Position numbers and translations under genes: made by a program. A stretch of DNA of 63,142 nucleotides, filler included, from Chiloscyllium plagiosum (taxonomy: Eukaryota), in assembly GCF_004010195.1 (NCBI RefSeq). It is 3 parts of one record of this genome, joined end to end, with 100 filler letters (N's around TTAATTAATTAA, not from the genome) between each part and the next. Parts side by side here need not be neighbours in the genome. Positions count along the whole stretch, not along the records: positions 1 to 25,166 come from NC_057710.1; 2 more parts are not named here. One strand, 5' to 3'. Positions 11,721-23,092 of the stretch are shown one piece after another. Under the pieces are notes generated by a model. The model ran no database searches and was not told the DNA's origin. It was given only the letters and a program-made list of their open reading frames with translations. The stretch's first letter is position 1. Each line of letters begins with the position of its first letter.

Positions 11721-12440
11721 NNNNNNNNNNNNNNNNNNNNNNNNNNNNNNNNNNNNNNNNNNNNNNNNNNNNNNNNNNNNNNNNNNNNNNNNNNNNNNNN
11801 NNNNNNNNNNNNNNNNNNNNNNNNNNNNNNNNNNNNNNNNNNNNNNNNNNNNNNNNNNNNNNNNNNNNNNNNNNNNNNNNNNNNNNNNNNNNNNNNNNNN
11901 NNNNNNNNNNNNNNNNNNNNNNNNNNNNNNNNNNNNNNNNNNNNNNNNNNNNNNNNNNNNNNNNNNNNNNNNNNNNNNNNNNNNNNNNNNNNNNNNNNNN
12001 NNNNNNNNNNNNNNNNNNNNNNNNNNNNNNNNNNNNNNNNNNNNNNNNNNNNNNNNNNNNNNNNNNNNNNNNNNNNNNNNNNNNNNNNNNNNNNNNNNNN
12101 NNNNNNNNNNNNNNNNNNNNNNNNNNNNNNNNNNNNNNNNNNNNNNNNNNNNNNNNNNNNNNNNNNNNNNNNNNNNNNNNNNNNNNNNNNNNNNNNNNNN
12201 NNNNNNNNNNNNNNNNNNNNNNNNNNNNNNNNNNNNNNNNNNNNNNNNNNNNNNNNNNNNNNNNNNNNNNNNNNNNNNNNNNNNNNNNNNNNNNNNNNNN
12301 NNNNNNNNNNNNNNNNNNNNNNNNNNNNNNNNNNNNNNNNNNNNNNNNNNNNNNNNNNNNNNNNNNNNNNNNNNNNNNNNNNNNNNNNNNNNNNNNNNNN
12401 NNNNNNNNNNNNNNNNNNNNNNNNNNNNNNNNNNNNNNNN
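11721..12440. other. Assembly gap (720 N)
   Basis: Run of N. Confidence 1.
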
Positions 12441-12525
12441 ACCTATTGTACTCTATGCTACTCTATCCCCACCCCCACCCTCCTCTAGCTTATCTCTCCA
12501 CGCTTCAGGCTCTCTGCCTTTATTC

Positions 12526-12553
12526 CTGATGAAGGGCTTTTGCCCGAAACATC
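12526..12553 (+). ncRNA. Minimal type I hammerhead ribozyme-like motif in Penelope pLTR
   Basis: CTGATGA-A-GGGC(tttt)GCCC-GAAA-CA-TC. The palindromic ACGT of other copies is ACAT here. Confidence 0.6.
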
Positions 12554-14016
12554 GATTTTGCTGAAGCTCCTCGATGCCGCCTGAATTGCTGTGCTCTTCC
12601 AGCACCATTGATCCAGAATCTGGTTTCCAGCATCTGCAGTCATTGTTTTTACCTTAAAGTACTTTAAGGGTTGGCACAGAGTGAGTTGTTTGGTGGAAAA
12701 GGTACTACAGTAGTAATAGAAGAAATGATAATTTAGTGTTCCCAATCATTAAACATTAGAAAGATAAATGGTTTGTAATGTTTTATAATTCTCGCTTTTC
12801 AGTTTTCTATTGATATTTCAAGAAAATGGTCTTTAGTTTTTGCATAGCCTTAATTAATTAGTATGCCTTTGAATTCCTCTGTAGATTTGAATGAGATGGC
12901 TACACTATAAGAAGGAAGATTTGCATAATGTAAGGTGGTGTTCAATGAAAATTGTCTTACTAGAATCCAACTATAACAACAGGTATAATTAGCATGGAAG
13001 CATTAGCCAACCTTTAATGAATCTTTACGATGAAATTCAATAAATTATGCCAGAAGAATTCCAGACAAGCAGCAAGAAATAGAACTCAGTCTCATTACAA
13101 CCAACTTTTGTAAAAACAGAACATAATGCTGTAATTGTCCTTCCTGGAAAGTTAAGAAAAGAAAAAAGTTGCCACTTTAAACCACACGAGAGACAGCTGG
13201 AAAGATTTAAAACCACACCTTGACTTTATTTAATCTTATTTTACAAAGCTACAAGGATAATAAAAATTACCATAGCAACAAGGTACATCTTTCTCTAAAA
13301 CCTTTATTCAGTTGAAAATGCAGCTTTCATTCCGAAATGAAAAGATTTACTGGACTATATTCTGCATGGCAATCGGCTAAAATAGAACAGTCATTGTTTT
13401 AAAAGACTGGCTAAGACCTATCCCACAAGCCCTCTCCTTTTACCCTTCACCTGATTAATCCTTAGACATGTTAGTATACTAGGGTGGAGCAGAAAATGGG
13501 TTAATTTGAATGGAGCATTCATCCTGAGATTGGTTCTTTTCGAGAGATGGGAGGTGAGAGGCAGGGGTAGTCACAGGGCAGTTGAGGTTCACCAAACCCA
13601 AAGACCATCCTGTAAGCTTTTGGGAAAGGAACCAATTGCCTTCTGCAAACGGTTTCACCCACAAATAAAGCTAAAGTGCCAATGACATTGATAGACATCT
13701 CAATGACAGCACTTCAGTTGGTCATAAATATAAGCTGAAGGTACAGCGTATCTACAAGAACAATGAACATAGGCATTTTATTAGTTCTGATCCTTCTCAA
13801 GTTGTATTCCCATCTTAAGAAATAAATCTGAATGAAGCAGGCGGAGATTAGTGTCAAATGTAACGAAGCAAGATTGGGATATTTATGACAAAGTTTCAAT
13901 CACAGCTGACCAGTTAACTATAAAGAACTATGTGCTCTTGGCCTAGACATAGGTAGGATGTTGCTTTTTGTGGGGTGTTCTAGAATGAAAAGTCATAGTT
14001 TTAGGATAAAGGTAGC

Positions 14017-14230
14017 TGAAAAATGTGTTGCTGGAAAAGCGCAGCAGGTCAGGCAGCATCCAAGGAGCAGGAGAATCGACATTTTGGGCATAAGCCCTTC
14101 TTCAGGAAAGAAGGCCTTATGCCCGAAACGTTGATTCTCCTGCTCCTTGGATGCTGCCTGACCTGCTGCGCTTTTCCAGCAACACATTTTTCAGCTCTGA
14201 TCTCCAGCATCTGCAGTCCTCACTTTCTCC
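14017..14230. mobile_element. Penelope-like fold-back mini-element (family A)
   Basis: Near-perfect inverted repeat about ~14105. Perfect 16-bp TSD TTAGGATAAAGGTAGC at 14001-14016 and 14231-14246. Confidence 0.9.
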
Positions 14231-14487
14231 TTAGGATAAAGGTAGCGGATTTAAAACAGAGATAAAGGGAAATTATTTCTGTCAAAGAGCTGTGAATCTG
14301 TGGAATTCACTACCCCAAAGTGTAGTGGATGCTGGAACATTGTGTAAATTTAAGGAGGCAATAGACAAATTGTGAATTAGTAATGGGTTGGCGTATGCAA
14401 AGTGGGCAGGAAAGTGGAACTGAGGGCCACAATGAGAGCAGCCATGATCATATCGAATGGCAAAGCAAGCTCAAAGAGCTGAATAGC

Positions 14488-14696
14488 ACTGAAAATGTGT
14501 TGCTGGAAAAGCGCAGTAGGTCAGGCAGCATCCAAGGAGCAGGAGAATTGACATTTCGGGCATTGCCCCTTCCTGAAGAAGGGCTCATGCCCGAAACGTC
14601 GATTCTCCTGCTCCTTGAATGCTGCCTGACCTGCTGCGCTTTTCCAGCAACACATTTTCAGCTCTGATCTCCAGCATCTGCAGACCTCACTTTGTC
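14488..14696. mobile_element. Penelope-like fold-back mini-element (family A)
   Basis: Inverted arms about ~14570. 18-bp TSD CTCAAAGA(G/C)CTGAATAGC at 14470-14487 and 14697-14714. Confidence 0.9.
14573..14600 (+). ncRNA. Minimal hammerhead ribozyme-like motif
   Basis: CTGAAGA-A-GGGC(tcat)GCCC-GAAA-CG-TC: intact core with a palindromic ACGT helix III and a GUC triplet. Confidence 0.65.
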
Positions 14697-17199
14697 CTCA
14701 AAGACCTGAATAGCCTAGTCCTGCTCGGAGTTCTTAGGTTTTGCCAACCTCAAACTTATCCTTAGCTACATCACAAATTGTCATTGACCATATACCAGTG
14801 AGACATTCAGAATCCTCTCAGATGCATTGCAACAATCAATAAACAGGACACAGATTCCCTTAATCTGCTGGACTTCCTGAGCAATTCTACCAGTCACTGG
14901 CTTTAAATCCAGTGGGAAAGCACTGGAACTCTTGATCCTTCAAACATCAGAATCCATGCTGTACTTCATACCCTCCATTTCCCATCGCATGTGATACACC
15001 TAATAAGGGGAGAGAGCCCTCTATTCCCCCCTTTAGAAAGCTATGTTGTAAAGGGGCAGAGCCAGGACAGTGACTCTTTAAGGTGAAGGTCCAATTCCTG
15101 TATCAGTTAGAACAAGGTTTTACATATAGGAGGCCAGAATACTCTGAGATGAGGCATTTACCTGGGTGGTTGGGGGTCCAACCAGTAAGGCCAAGGACAA
15201 AGAAGCAGCTTGAATCACCACAGAGCCCTCAGGTGTCTGTCCCATTGTCCAGGTCTGCCCTTTGTCCAGGGTCAAGGATGGACATATGGATCAGGGTGAA
15301 GACGGAGCATGCGCACACACACGCGCACACAAGCACACACTCCTCTCTCCGTCCCTCCAATGGTTAGTGGGTCTAGTACAACTTGCATCTAGTTATCCAC
15401 TGTGAGAGACTTAGCCAGGGCTTCCCTGGTTCTGCCTGAGCCAAGTGAGTGGGAGTCTCTGCATCCAAATCCACTCCCTTGAAATAATTTGCCTTTAAGG
15501 CAAACTGGATGCTCTCACAACAACCAAGACTTAATGCAACCCCCAATGAGTTTCAACCCCAAAACGTTAGGTAGGTGTCATTCCATTTGTCTCCACACCC
15601 TCAAGCAGATAATGAAAATGTTCCCTTCAATTGACTTGAATCATTTGTTCGTGGGGGAGGGCCTGGGAGGGAGGTGCTATATGTTCCACAGTGAGCAGTG
15701 TTACTGCAAATGGAAGGTCTTTCAGCAGCTTGCTGTGCAGTTTAATTTAATTAGGAATGGGGAGTTGTTCATTCTCCCATTTTTTAAAAATGCCATCCAA
15801 ATCTAATGTCTCAACAAGAACTATTCATAACTAATACTGTCATAGGGGCGGAACCAGAAAACATGGTTACATTTGGCATTCAGAAACAATGGCAATTTCT
15901 TAAACTGATGTTATGACTCATTATCAGTCTCTTTTGTGGTAACACCCTGCTCGGCAATGCCCTATAAAATTAAAAGATGGCTAGAATGATGGATTCCTGG
16001 TGAAATGCAAGAACATTAACCTAAAGTCATGAAGTTAACCGTAAACAGAAAGAAATGTTAAAAGATAGACTAATACAGGTGTTTAGATTTGCTCATAATT
16101 AGCTATTCCAGTTTCAGATGCTGGTAAAGTGATGGCATCACTAACTATTAAAGTCAATGTGATTCAGTTGGAAAGAAGAGATCATAGTTTAGTTGTGTTA
16201 TCAGTATTCAAATATACTGTGACAGATTTTTGAGATTGCTAATATAAAATTGCCAGCAAATTGTCAAAGAATTTGTAAATTTTTTAATGCTTTATTGCAT
16301 GCACTTGAACATCACTGAAGGTGAATTTGAATACTTCAAAATCATTCCATTCTGGTTTCCCTTCTTAGAATTACACATTTCAACACACACACTAGCTAGC
16401 TTCATTTTATTTCTATTGCTCTTACGGACCTAGCCATTTACTTTTTCCTCCTCACCAGCTTTACCTTTCAATGACCTCAGTCTGACCTCAGACAGGCTCT
16501 CTCACTTTCTAACCGTCTCTCTCTTCTGCTCTCCTTACTCTGCATGTTCTTCTTATACCAAGGGACCACCAAGAAGAAGATGATTTCTTCATTTAGTTTG
16601 CCTTCTTTCTTACATTTTGAACTTGAATTAAAAGAAAAAAGCTCCTGCACAATACCTCCAGGGGTTAAGTCACTGTCAGCTGTATTAGCCTTTTACTCAT
16701 GTCAGACAGTAAGTTTGACCTATGGAGACAAAATAAATTCAGAAATGACGGCTGCTATTTTATTGAAATACAAATGTAATTTATTTTAAAAAAGGTTAAT
16801 GACTTTCTGGCAGCGAATTTGAAGTAATAAATTTAATGTTGAATTCTGCTGAGGCTCACAAGCTGCTCTCATGCTTTATGGCTTATATGAACCTCTCGAT
16901 TGAATTAGTCCCTTTGTAACTCAATGCTAGCTATCTGTGACCTTATATTTACATTAACACAATGTTACTGTATCAGCAATAATCAGAAACATATGACCCA
17001 TCTCCCACCACAAGCAGCATGTCATGAATACCTGATATATGTCCCTTTCATAGCAGAAGAAGTAGATCATTGTGACAATTTCTACTCAGAGGCTGCTGTA
17101 ACTATTTTCTTGTAATAACAAAGTCTCTCACACACATAGCTTATCTTTTGGGGAAAATGCTCATTTTGTATCAATTTGAAGGCAGATGAGGAACAAGTT

Positions 17200-18185
17200 T
17201 AGCCAATTATCGCCCCATCAGTCTATTCGCAAACATCAGTAAAGTAATGGTAGGTGTCATCAACAGTGCTATCAAGCACAAATACTGAAGCAGTTCATGT
17301 CTAAATGCAGAAAGACCTGGACAATATCCAGTTATGGGCTGATAATTGACAAGTAACAAGTACAAACTCAGTGCCTACCTCTAACAAGAGAGAAAGAAAC
17401 GGTCACCTCTTGATGTTCGCTGGTGGTACCCACCACTATCAATATCCTGAGGGGTACCATCCATTAGAAACTGAACTGGACTAGCCATATAAATATTGCA
17501 GTCGAGAGTGGGCTGTTGGAAAAGCACAGCAGGTCAGGCAGCAACTAAGGAACAGGAGAATTGACATTTTGGGCAAGAGCCCTTCAACAGGAATGGGGTC
17601 CTTCATCAAGAGTCTTTTCCTGGACTTATGCCTGGAACATCGATTCTCCTGCTCCTTGGATGCTGCTTGACCTGCTATGCTTTTCCAGCACCCTATTCTC
17701 GACTCTGATTTCCTGTACCAGCAGTCCTCACTTTCTCCATTTAAATAGTGCAGCTGGAAAAGATCAGAGGCTAGGAATCCTGCAGTGAATGAATCATCTC
17801 CTGAACACCCCCGCCCACCCCTACAAAGCCTTTCCATTAGTTACAGGGCACAAGTTGAGGAGTCTGATAGAATAGTCCCCGCTGGCCTGGATGGGTGCAG
17901 CTCCAACAACACTCAAGAAACTTGACACCATCTAGGATAAAGCAGCCGGCTTGATTGGCACCAAATCCACAAGCGTGCACTCCCACCACCACTGAGGTTC
18001 AGAGGCAGCAGTGCGTGCTATCTACAAGATGCACTGCAGAAATTTACTATAGTTCTTCACACAGCACCTTCCAAACCCACAACCATTCCCATCTCGAAGG
18101 ACAAGGGCAGCAGATCCATGGGAAAACAACACCTGCTATCTCCCCAGTAGCCTGACTTGGAATTAGATCACCATTCCTTCAGTGT
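17200..18185 (+). mobile_element. Older, distinct CR1/jockey-group LINE 3' part
   Basis: QKDLDNIQLWAD, PLAWMGAAPTTLKKLDTIxDKAAGLI and AAVRAIYKMH are post-RT motifs, different from the HER1-type copies. Confidence 0.75.
17502..17736. mobile_element. Penelope-like fold-back mini-element nested in the LINE
   Basis: Inverted arms. TSD ccatataaatattgcag (17485-17501) / ccatttaaatagtgcag (17737-17753). Confidence 0.85.
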
Positions 18186-18349
18186 AAGTGAACCACCTCT
18201 CCCTAGGACTTTTGAGCCCTCACTGCCTGAGGTTTACTGAAAGCAGGATTTAATGCTGCTTTACCGCTCCTGCTTTTTCACTCCAAACTGCAACAAAATT
18301 TCACCAGCAATTGGAATTTTGGCCTTTATTTCTCGGTCAGGTGAAGTTT

Positions 18350-18725
18350 AAAAACAAGAGAGTCTTATTATAACTGTATAGGATGTTGATGAGGCTGTTC
18401 CTGGAGTACTGTGCACAGTTACAATCCCATATTTAACAATGACTATCCTGGCATTCGCCACTGTTCAAAAGAAGATTCACTCACTAATTAGCCTGATTCT
18501 TCTAGTCTAATTAAAGCTGGACAGGTTAGGCCTTTATTCAATAGAGTTTCAGAAAATGAAAGGTGACCTTATTGAAAAATGTAAGATTCTGAGAGGGTTT
18601 GACAGGGTAAATGTTGAAAACATTTCCACTAATAGGGAAATCTCAAATTCAGCAATATAGAGAATCACTCATTTAAACTGAAGATGTGAAGGAAGGTCTT
18701 TTCCCAGTGGATACTGAATGTCTGT
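18350..18725 (+). mobile_element. CR1 3' region fragment
   Basis: ctggagtactgtgcacagtt (LEYCAQ) and ggtgaccttattgaaa (GDLIE) motifs. Probably resumes with its tail at ~20150-20330. Confidence 0.75.
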
Positions 18726-20140
18726 AACATATCTACTAGGAACAGGAGGAGGCCATTCAGCCCCTTGAGCCTACTCTGTTATTCAATACAATTATGGCTC
18801 ATGTCATCTCAGCCTCAACTCACTTTCTTGCCTGCTCTCCAATAACTCTATGAACCATTTAATAGATTTTTTAATTATTAACTGCTCCTTAATTTTACTC
18901 AATGGCCCAGCATCTACTGCATTCTGGGATAGTCAATTCCACAAAGTCATGACCCTTTGACAGAAGTAATTTTTCTTCATATGTTTTAAAATCTGCTACC
19001 TCTTATCCTAAAACTATGACCTCTCTCATTCTAGATTTCCCCACAAGGAACCACCTTTCAATGTTTACTTTCTACTTCTCATTCTTTTAAACTCTAGCAA
19101 GTATCGACCTGAATTGCTCAATCTTACTTCATAAGACAAAGCCTTCCATTCAGAAATAAATCTAGTGTAACTCCTTTGCACTGTTCAATAAAAATACATC
19201 CCTCCTCAAATCAGCAGACCAAACTTACACACAGTATTCCAGATGTAGTCTCACTAATGCTTTATACAGTTGGAGCAACACTTCGCGACTTTTATATTCC
19301 AATCCTTGAAGCAATAAATGTCAAAATTCCATTAGCCTTCTTTATTACCTGCTCTACCTGCATGCTAGTTTTCCGCAACTCATGTACAAAGATACCCAGA
19401 ACATTCTGCACTGAAGAACTCTGTAGTTTCTCTCCATGTAGATCATAAGTTACCTTTCTATTCCTCTGACCAAAATGGATAACCACATTTATAAACTTCA
19501 TCTGCCAAATTTTGGTAATTCACCTCACCCAACCATATCCATTTGTAAATTTCTTAAAACTTACTTTTTCATTTATTTTAAGGGGATTTGCAAGTTTAGC
19601 TATGGTACTTTCTATCCCCACATCCAAGTCATAAATAAGGATTACATATAAGAGGATCATAGAATCCCTACATTGTGGAAGCAGGCCATTCAGCCTATTG
19701 AGTCCACATCAACCCTCCAAAGGGCCTCTCACCCAGATCCACCCCATCCTTGTAACCCTGTGTTTCCCATGGCTAACTCACCTGTACATCCCTGGACACT
19801 ATGGGCAATTTAGCATGGCCATTCCATCTGCACATCTTTGGACTATGGGAGGAAATCAGAGCACCCCAAGGAAATCCATGCCGGCATGGGGAGAATGTGC
19901 AAACTCAACACAGACAGTTGCCATAGGCTGGAATCGAACTCGGATCCCTGCTGATCTGATTCAGCAGTGCTAACCACTGAGCCACTGTGCTGGATAGTTG
20001 GGGCCTAAGGACTGAACTCTATGGCACCTCAATACTTACATCATACCATCCAGAAAAAGGCCCATTTATCCTAATTCTCTGCTTTCTGCTGGTTAGTCAA
20101 TTCTTTATCCAAGCTAGTAAATTACCCCTAACCCACAGAG
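18726..20140 (-). mobile_element. CR1 RT/3' fragment interrupted by an HE1 SINE
   Basis: ORF 19292-19501(-) QVEQVIKKANGILTFIARIG-like. Tail complement aggaacaggaggaggccattcagcccc at 18738. Confidence 0.8.
19656..19990 (-). mobile_element. HE1 V-SINE
   Basis: Reverse complement of the V-domain and tRNA head (cagtgctaaccactgagcc). Confidence 0.9.
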
Positions 20141-21419
20141 TTGTCTTGGCTAAATGACTGAAAATATTTAAACTGAAGGTTGATAGATTTTTGAAATATC
20201 AAAGAATTGACAACTATGTTAAGCAAGTATGAATAAAGAATTAAAGCCTAGAGTAGATGAGCCATGATTGTGTTGGATGGTGAGGCAGGTTTGAGGGACT
20301 CTGTCTCCCAGTCCTGCTCTGACTTCTTATGCAAATGTTGATGAAATGAAACCAGGAAATCTTCTTGAGTGCCAACCATCTCCATAATGACATAGCCTGC
20401 TCGGAAGTATGCTTAAGCTGACTTTTAGGTTAAATAGTCCTGATCAATGATGTCTTCTTTGATCTGGTTAAGTAAATGGATTTTTTACAGACTTTCAGAG
20501 TTCACTGAATGCTTTTAGCAAAGCTTTAACTCAAAAACCAAACTCTCTCCAGACTGGCATTACCACAGGAAGTGTAGACACCATATTTCCAACACAGCAA
20601 ATCTATTGCTTCTGGGCTTTCCTCCTAATCTGTTAATATCTTAAAGTGTATTAGACTTACGTGTGCTTTAATTGCATCTGTCTCATTTTCTATGGTTAAG
20701 CTATCATACCTGAAACTACATGCAATGTAGTAAATTACATATTCACAACACTCATCACTTTTACCTGTTCAAATAGTGCTAATAACACCGATCTCCTCTT
20801 TTTGCATGACCTCTTTTCACATTCTTCATTTTCAGGTACTTGCACTCTAGTAATGTTGTCACCTAGTGTTATTCATTATATTAACCACATGGAGCTAACT
20901 GATAATCCAGACGTGGCTGATTAATTTAGTTATGGAAATACAAAAAAAGGAATTCAGTTCTTGGGCATGTTATCTTCGTGCTCACATTTGTATGATAACT
21001 GCAACATTGAACCATAGTTTTGCAACTGACTTTGTACAAATTCTGTAGCATCAATGCATGGTGGAGGCTTTGGCATGTATTTTAAGAAACAATAGATAGA
21101 TGGATGTATGTTCAAAATAAAATGTATGAAAACAATATGCATAGCATTATACAGTTAAAATCATTACATTGAATGTACAATAGCACAGTAACAGGCTATT
21201 TAGCCCAAACAGCCTGCGCTGGTGTTTATTCATCAGCCAAGTCATCCAGTTCCATTCTATCCACCTCATATCAACCTTTCCACATATCTTTATATTTTCT
21301 TTTCTCTCAAATGCTTTTCTGATTTCCACATGAAAACCTAAATTAGATGATATTCTGCTTCCACATTCTAATTCATTTCTGAGTAAATACATGTCTTCTC
21401 ATGTCCTTGTTGGAACCAT

Positions 21420-21665
21420 TACAATAACATTAGCATATATTTACACAGTGTCTATAATTTAGCAAATGTCTCAAGGTGTTTCTCAGGTGATTTATCAGAT
21501 ATTATTTGACATTGACAAGCTACAGAAGGAAATATTGGGTGAAATGAGCAAAAGCTTGTCCAAGGAGGTAGGTTTTAAAGAGTGTCTTAAAGGAGGAGAG
21601 AAGGATAGATGGAAGTGCAGAAGAGGTGGTGGGTTCATATTTCAGAGCTTAAAATCTTGGCAGTA
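21420..21665 (-). mobile_element. L2-like 3' end relic
   Basis: aaagcttgtccaaggaggtaggttttaaagagtgtcttaaagg. Related pieces at ~31150-31300, 43260-43410 (+) and 60900-61100. Confidence 0.55.
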
Positions 21666-22791
21666 GACTGCTATTTCTAAAAATAGAAAATGAATGAATT
21701 CCCATCAGAAATTCTTGGAGTATACCCCTTCTCTTTTTACCAAATAACTATGTTCTATCCATCCCTGTAATACAGGCTGCCTTTCGTTTTAAAATAAATC
21801 TTTTATGGCACGTTATTAAATGTTACTGAAAATTCATGTACATTATATGACTTTTTGTTAACATAACCACTGATACAGAAATCAATTCAGTAAAGCATGA
21901 CCTTCCTTTTCCAAAAAAAAAGCTGATTATTCCTGATTAGCTGATACCTAATCCAAGTGTTTGAAAATTTATTCCTCATTTCGGACTCCAGAGAGTTGGT
22001 TTTATGATTGAGTAAAAACTCAATTAGCACAAGCACATATCAAGAAACTGTAAGCACACTCTCCATGATTCGCCTTGCAGTGAAATTAGAGGACTGAAGA
22101 TCATAAGAGATTTATCTGAGATTGCTCAGATTAAGAAATATCTTGCATTTATGAAACATCTTACACAGCCAAACACAAACTGGCCAAAGCATTTCATAAT
22201 CCACAAAGCACTTTTTAAAATTGTAATTGTCATTGTAATGCAGGAAATGTCAGAGTAGAATTGTCAGAAGATTTTCCCTCAAAGAGCAGCTAAAATAGAA
22301 GATTGGCAGCTTAGCTACTTCAGTATCAAAGCAGAAGGTAACAAGGTCAAGTAGCACAGCTCCCTAGCAGACAGACTGTTTGCTTATAGTGAGATTTCTT
22401 TTCAGTTGCAGGTCTCAAATGTCAGGGCCAAGGCTTTCCAGGATCACATTCGTTGCCAAGAGAATGTTATAGGGGTATCCACTGTGGTCAATGTTTCACA
22501 TTGTTCTAACTGAAGTATTTTGCCCGATGCTCAATTGTGTCCTACAAAGAATATTTTTTATGTTTGATATCCAAATGTATCACTGTACTTTAAAAAGTCT
22601 AAAGTCAGGAATTCTTTTGCTTGATTTGGGGTGCAAACCTCTGCCTAAGTCCAGAAAGCAATATTGCACATTATCATGAACCATGGATCCCCAAGTGAAT
22701 ATCATTGCATCGCTGAGTTTTAGTGAGCTTCATACAGTGCTAATGAGCTTCGTCATTTTAAAGGAATTGGTTTGCAGAATTATGGGGAGGT

Positions 22792-23092
22792 GATTTGGAG
22801 ATGCTGGTGTCGGACTGGGTGTTCAAAGTTAAAAGTCACACAACACCAGTTTATAGTCCAACAGGTTTATTTGGAAGCACCAGCTTTCGGAGCACTGCTC
22901 CTTCATCAGGTGTTTGTGGAGTATAAGATCGTAGGGCACAGAATTAATAGCATAAGTTTACAGTGTGATGCAACTGAAATTACATTTTGAAAAGACCTGG
23001 ATTGTCTGTTAAGTCTCTCATCTTTTAGAATGGGCATATTGGTTTCAGTTCTTTCATAAATAAATATTTTTTTAAAAGTTACATTCTCAAGT
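22792..23092 (-). mobile_element. Penelope-like family B terminal repeat
   Basis: Inverted copy of 25650-25924. Contains the hammerhead core complement gctttcggagcactgctccttcatcag (22883-22909). Confidence 0.85.

Larger units (their letters stand above)
11423..12654 (+). mobile_element. 5'-truncated Penelope-like retroelement (RT fragment, gap, 3' pLTR)
   Basis: Frame from 11423 reads GTTPHLFLRYIDDCIG...FINFTNTFHPDLKFT...LPFLDLSI...TDIFYKPTNSHSYLDY, typical Penelope RT with YIDD at 11450. 3' terminal repeat at 12441-12654. 8-bp TSD TAAAGTAC at 11415-11422 and 12655-12662. Confidence 0.92.
13945..14740 (+). mobile_element. CR1 3' end interrupted by two Penelope fold-back insertions
   Basis: CR1 terminal sequence (gctgtgaatctgtggaattcactaccc...gaatagcctagtcctgctc) is split at 14016 and 14487. 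Confidence 0.85.

Noticed and set aside
11454..12529. Long ORFs of 344 and 277 aa
   Set aside because: They are open only because they run through 720 N. The real coding frame is the Penelope RT frame starting at 11423.
13993..14667. Recurrent MCCWKSAAGQAAS / LLLGCCLTCCAFP peptides
   Set aside because: These are translations of the non-coding Penelope terminal repeat on both strands of hairpins, not a cysteine-rich peptide family.
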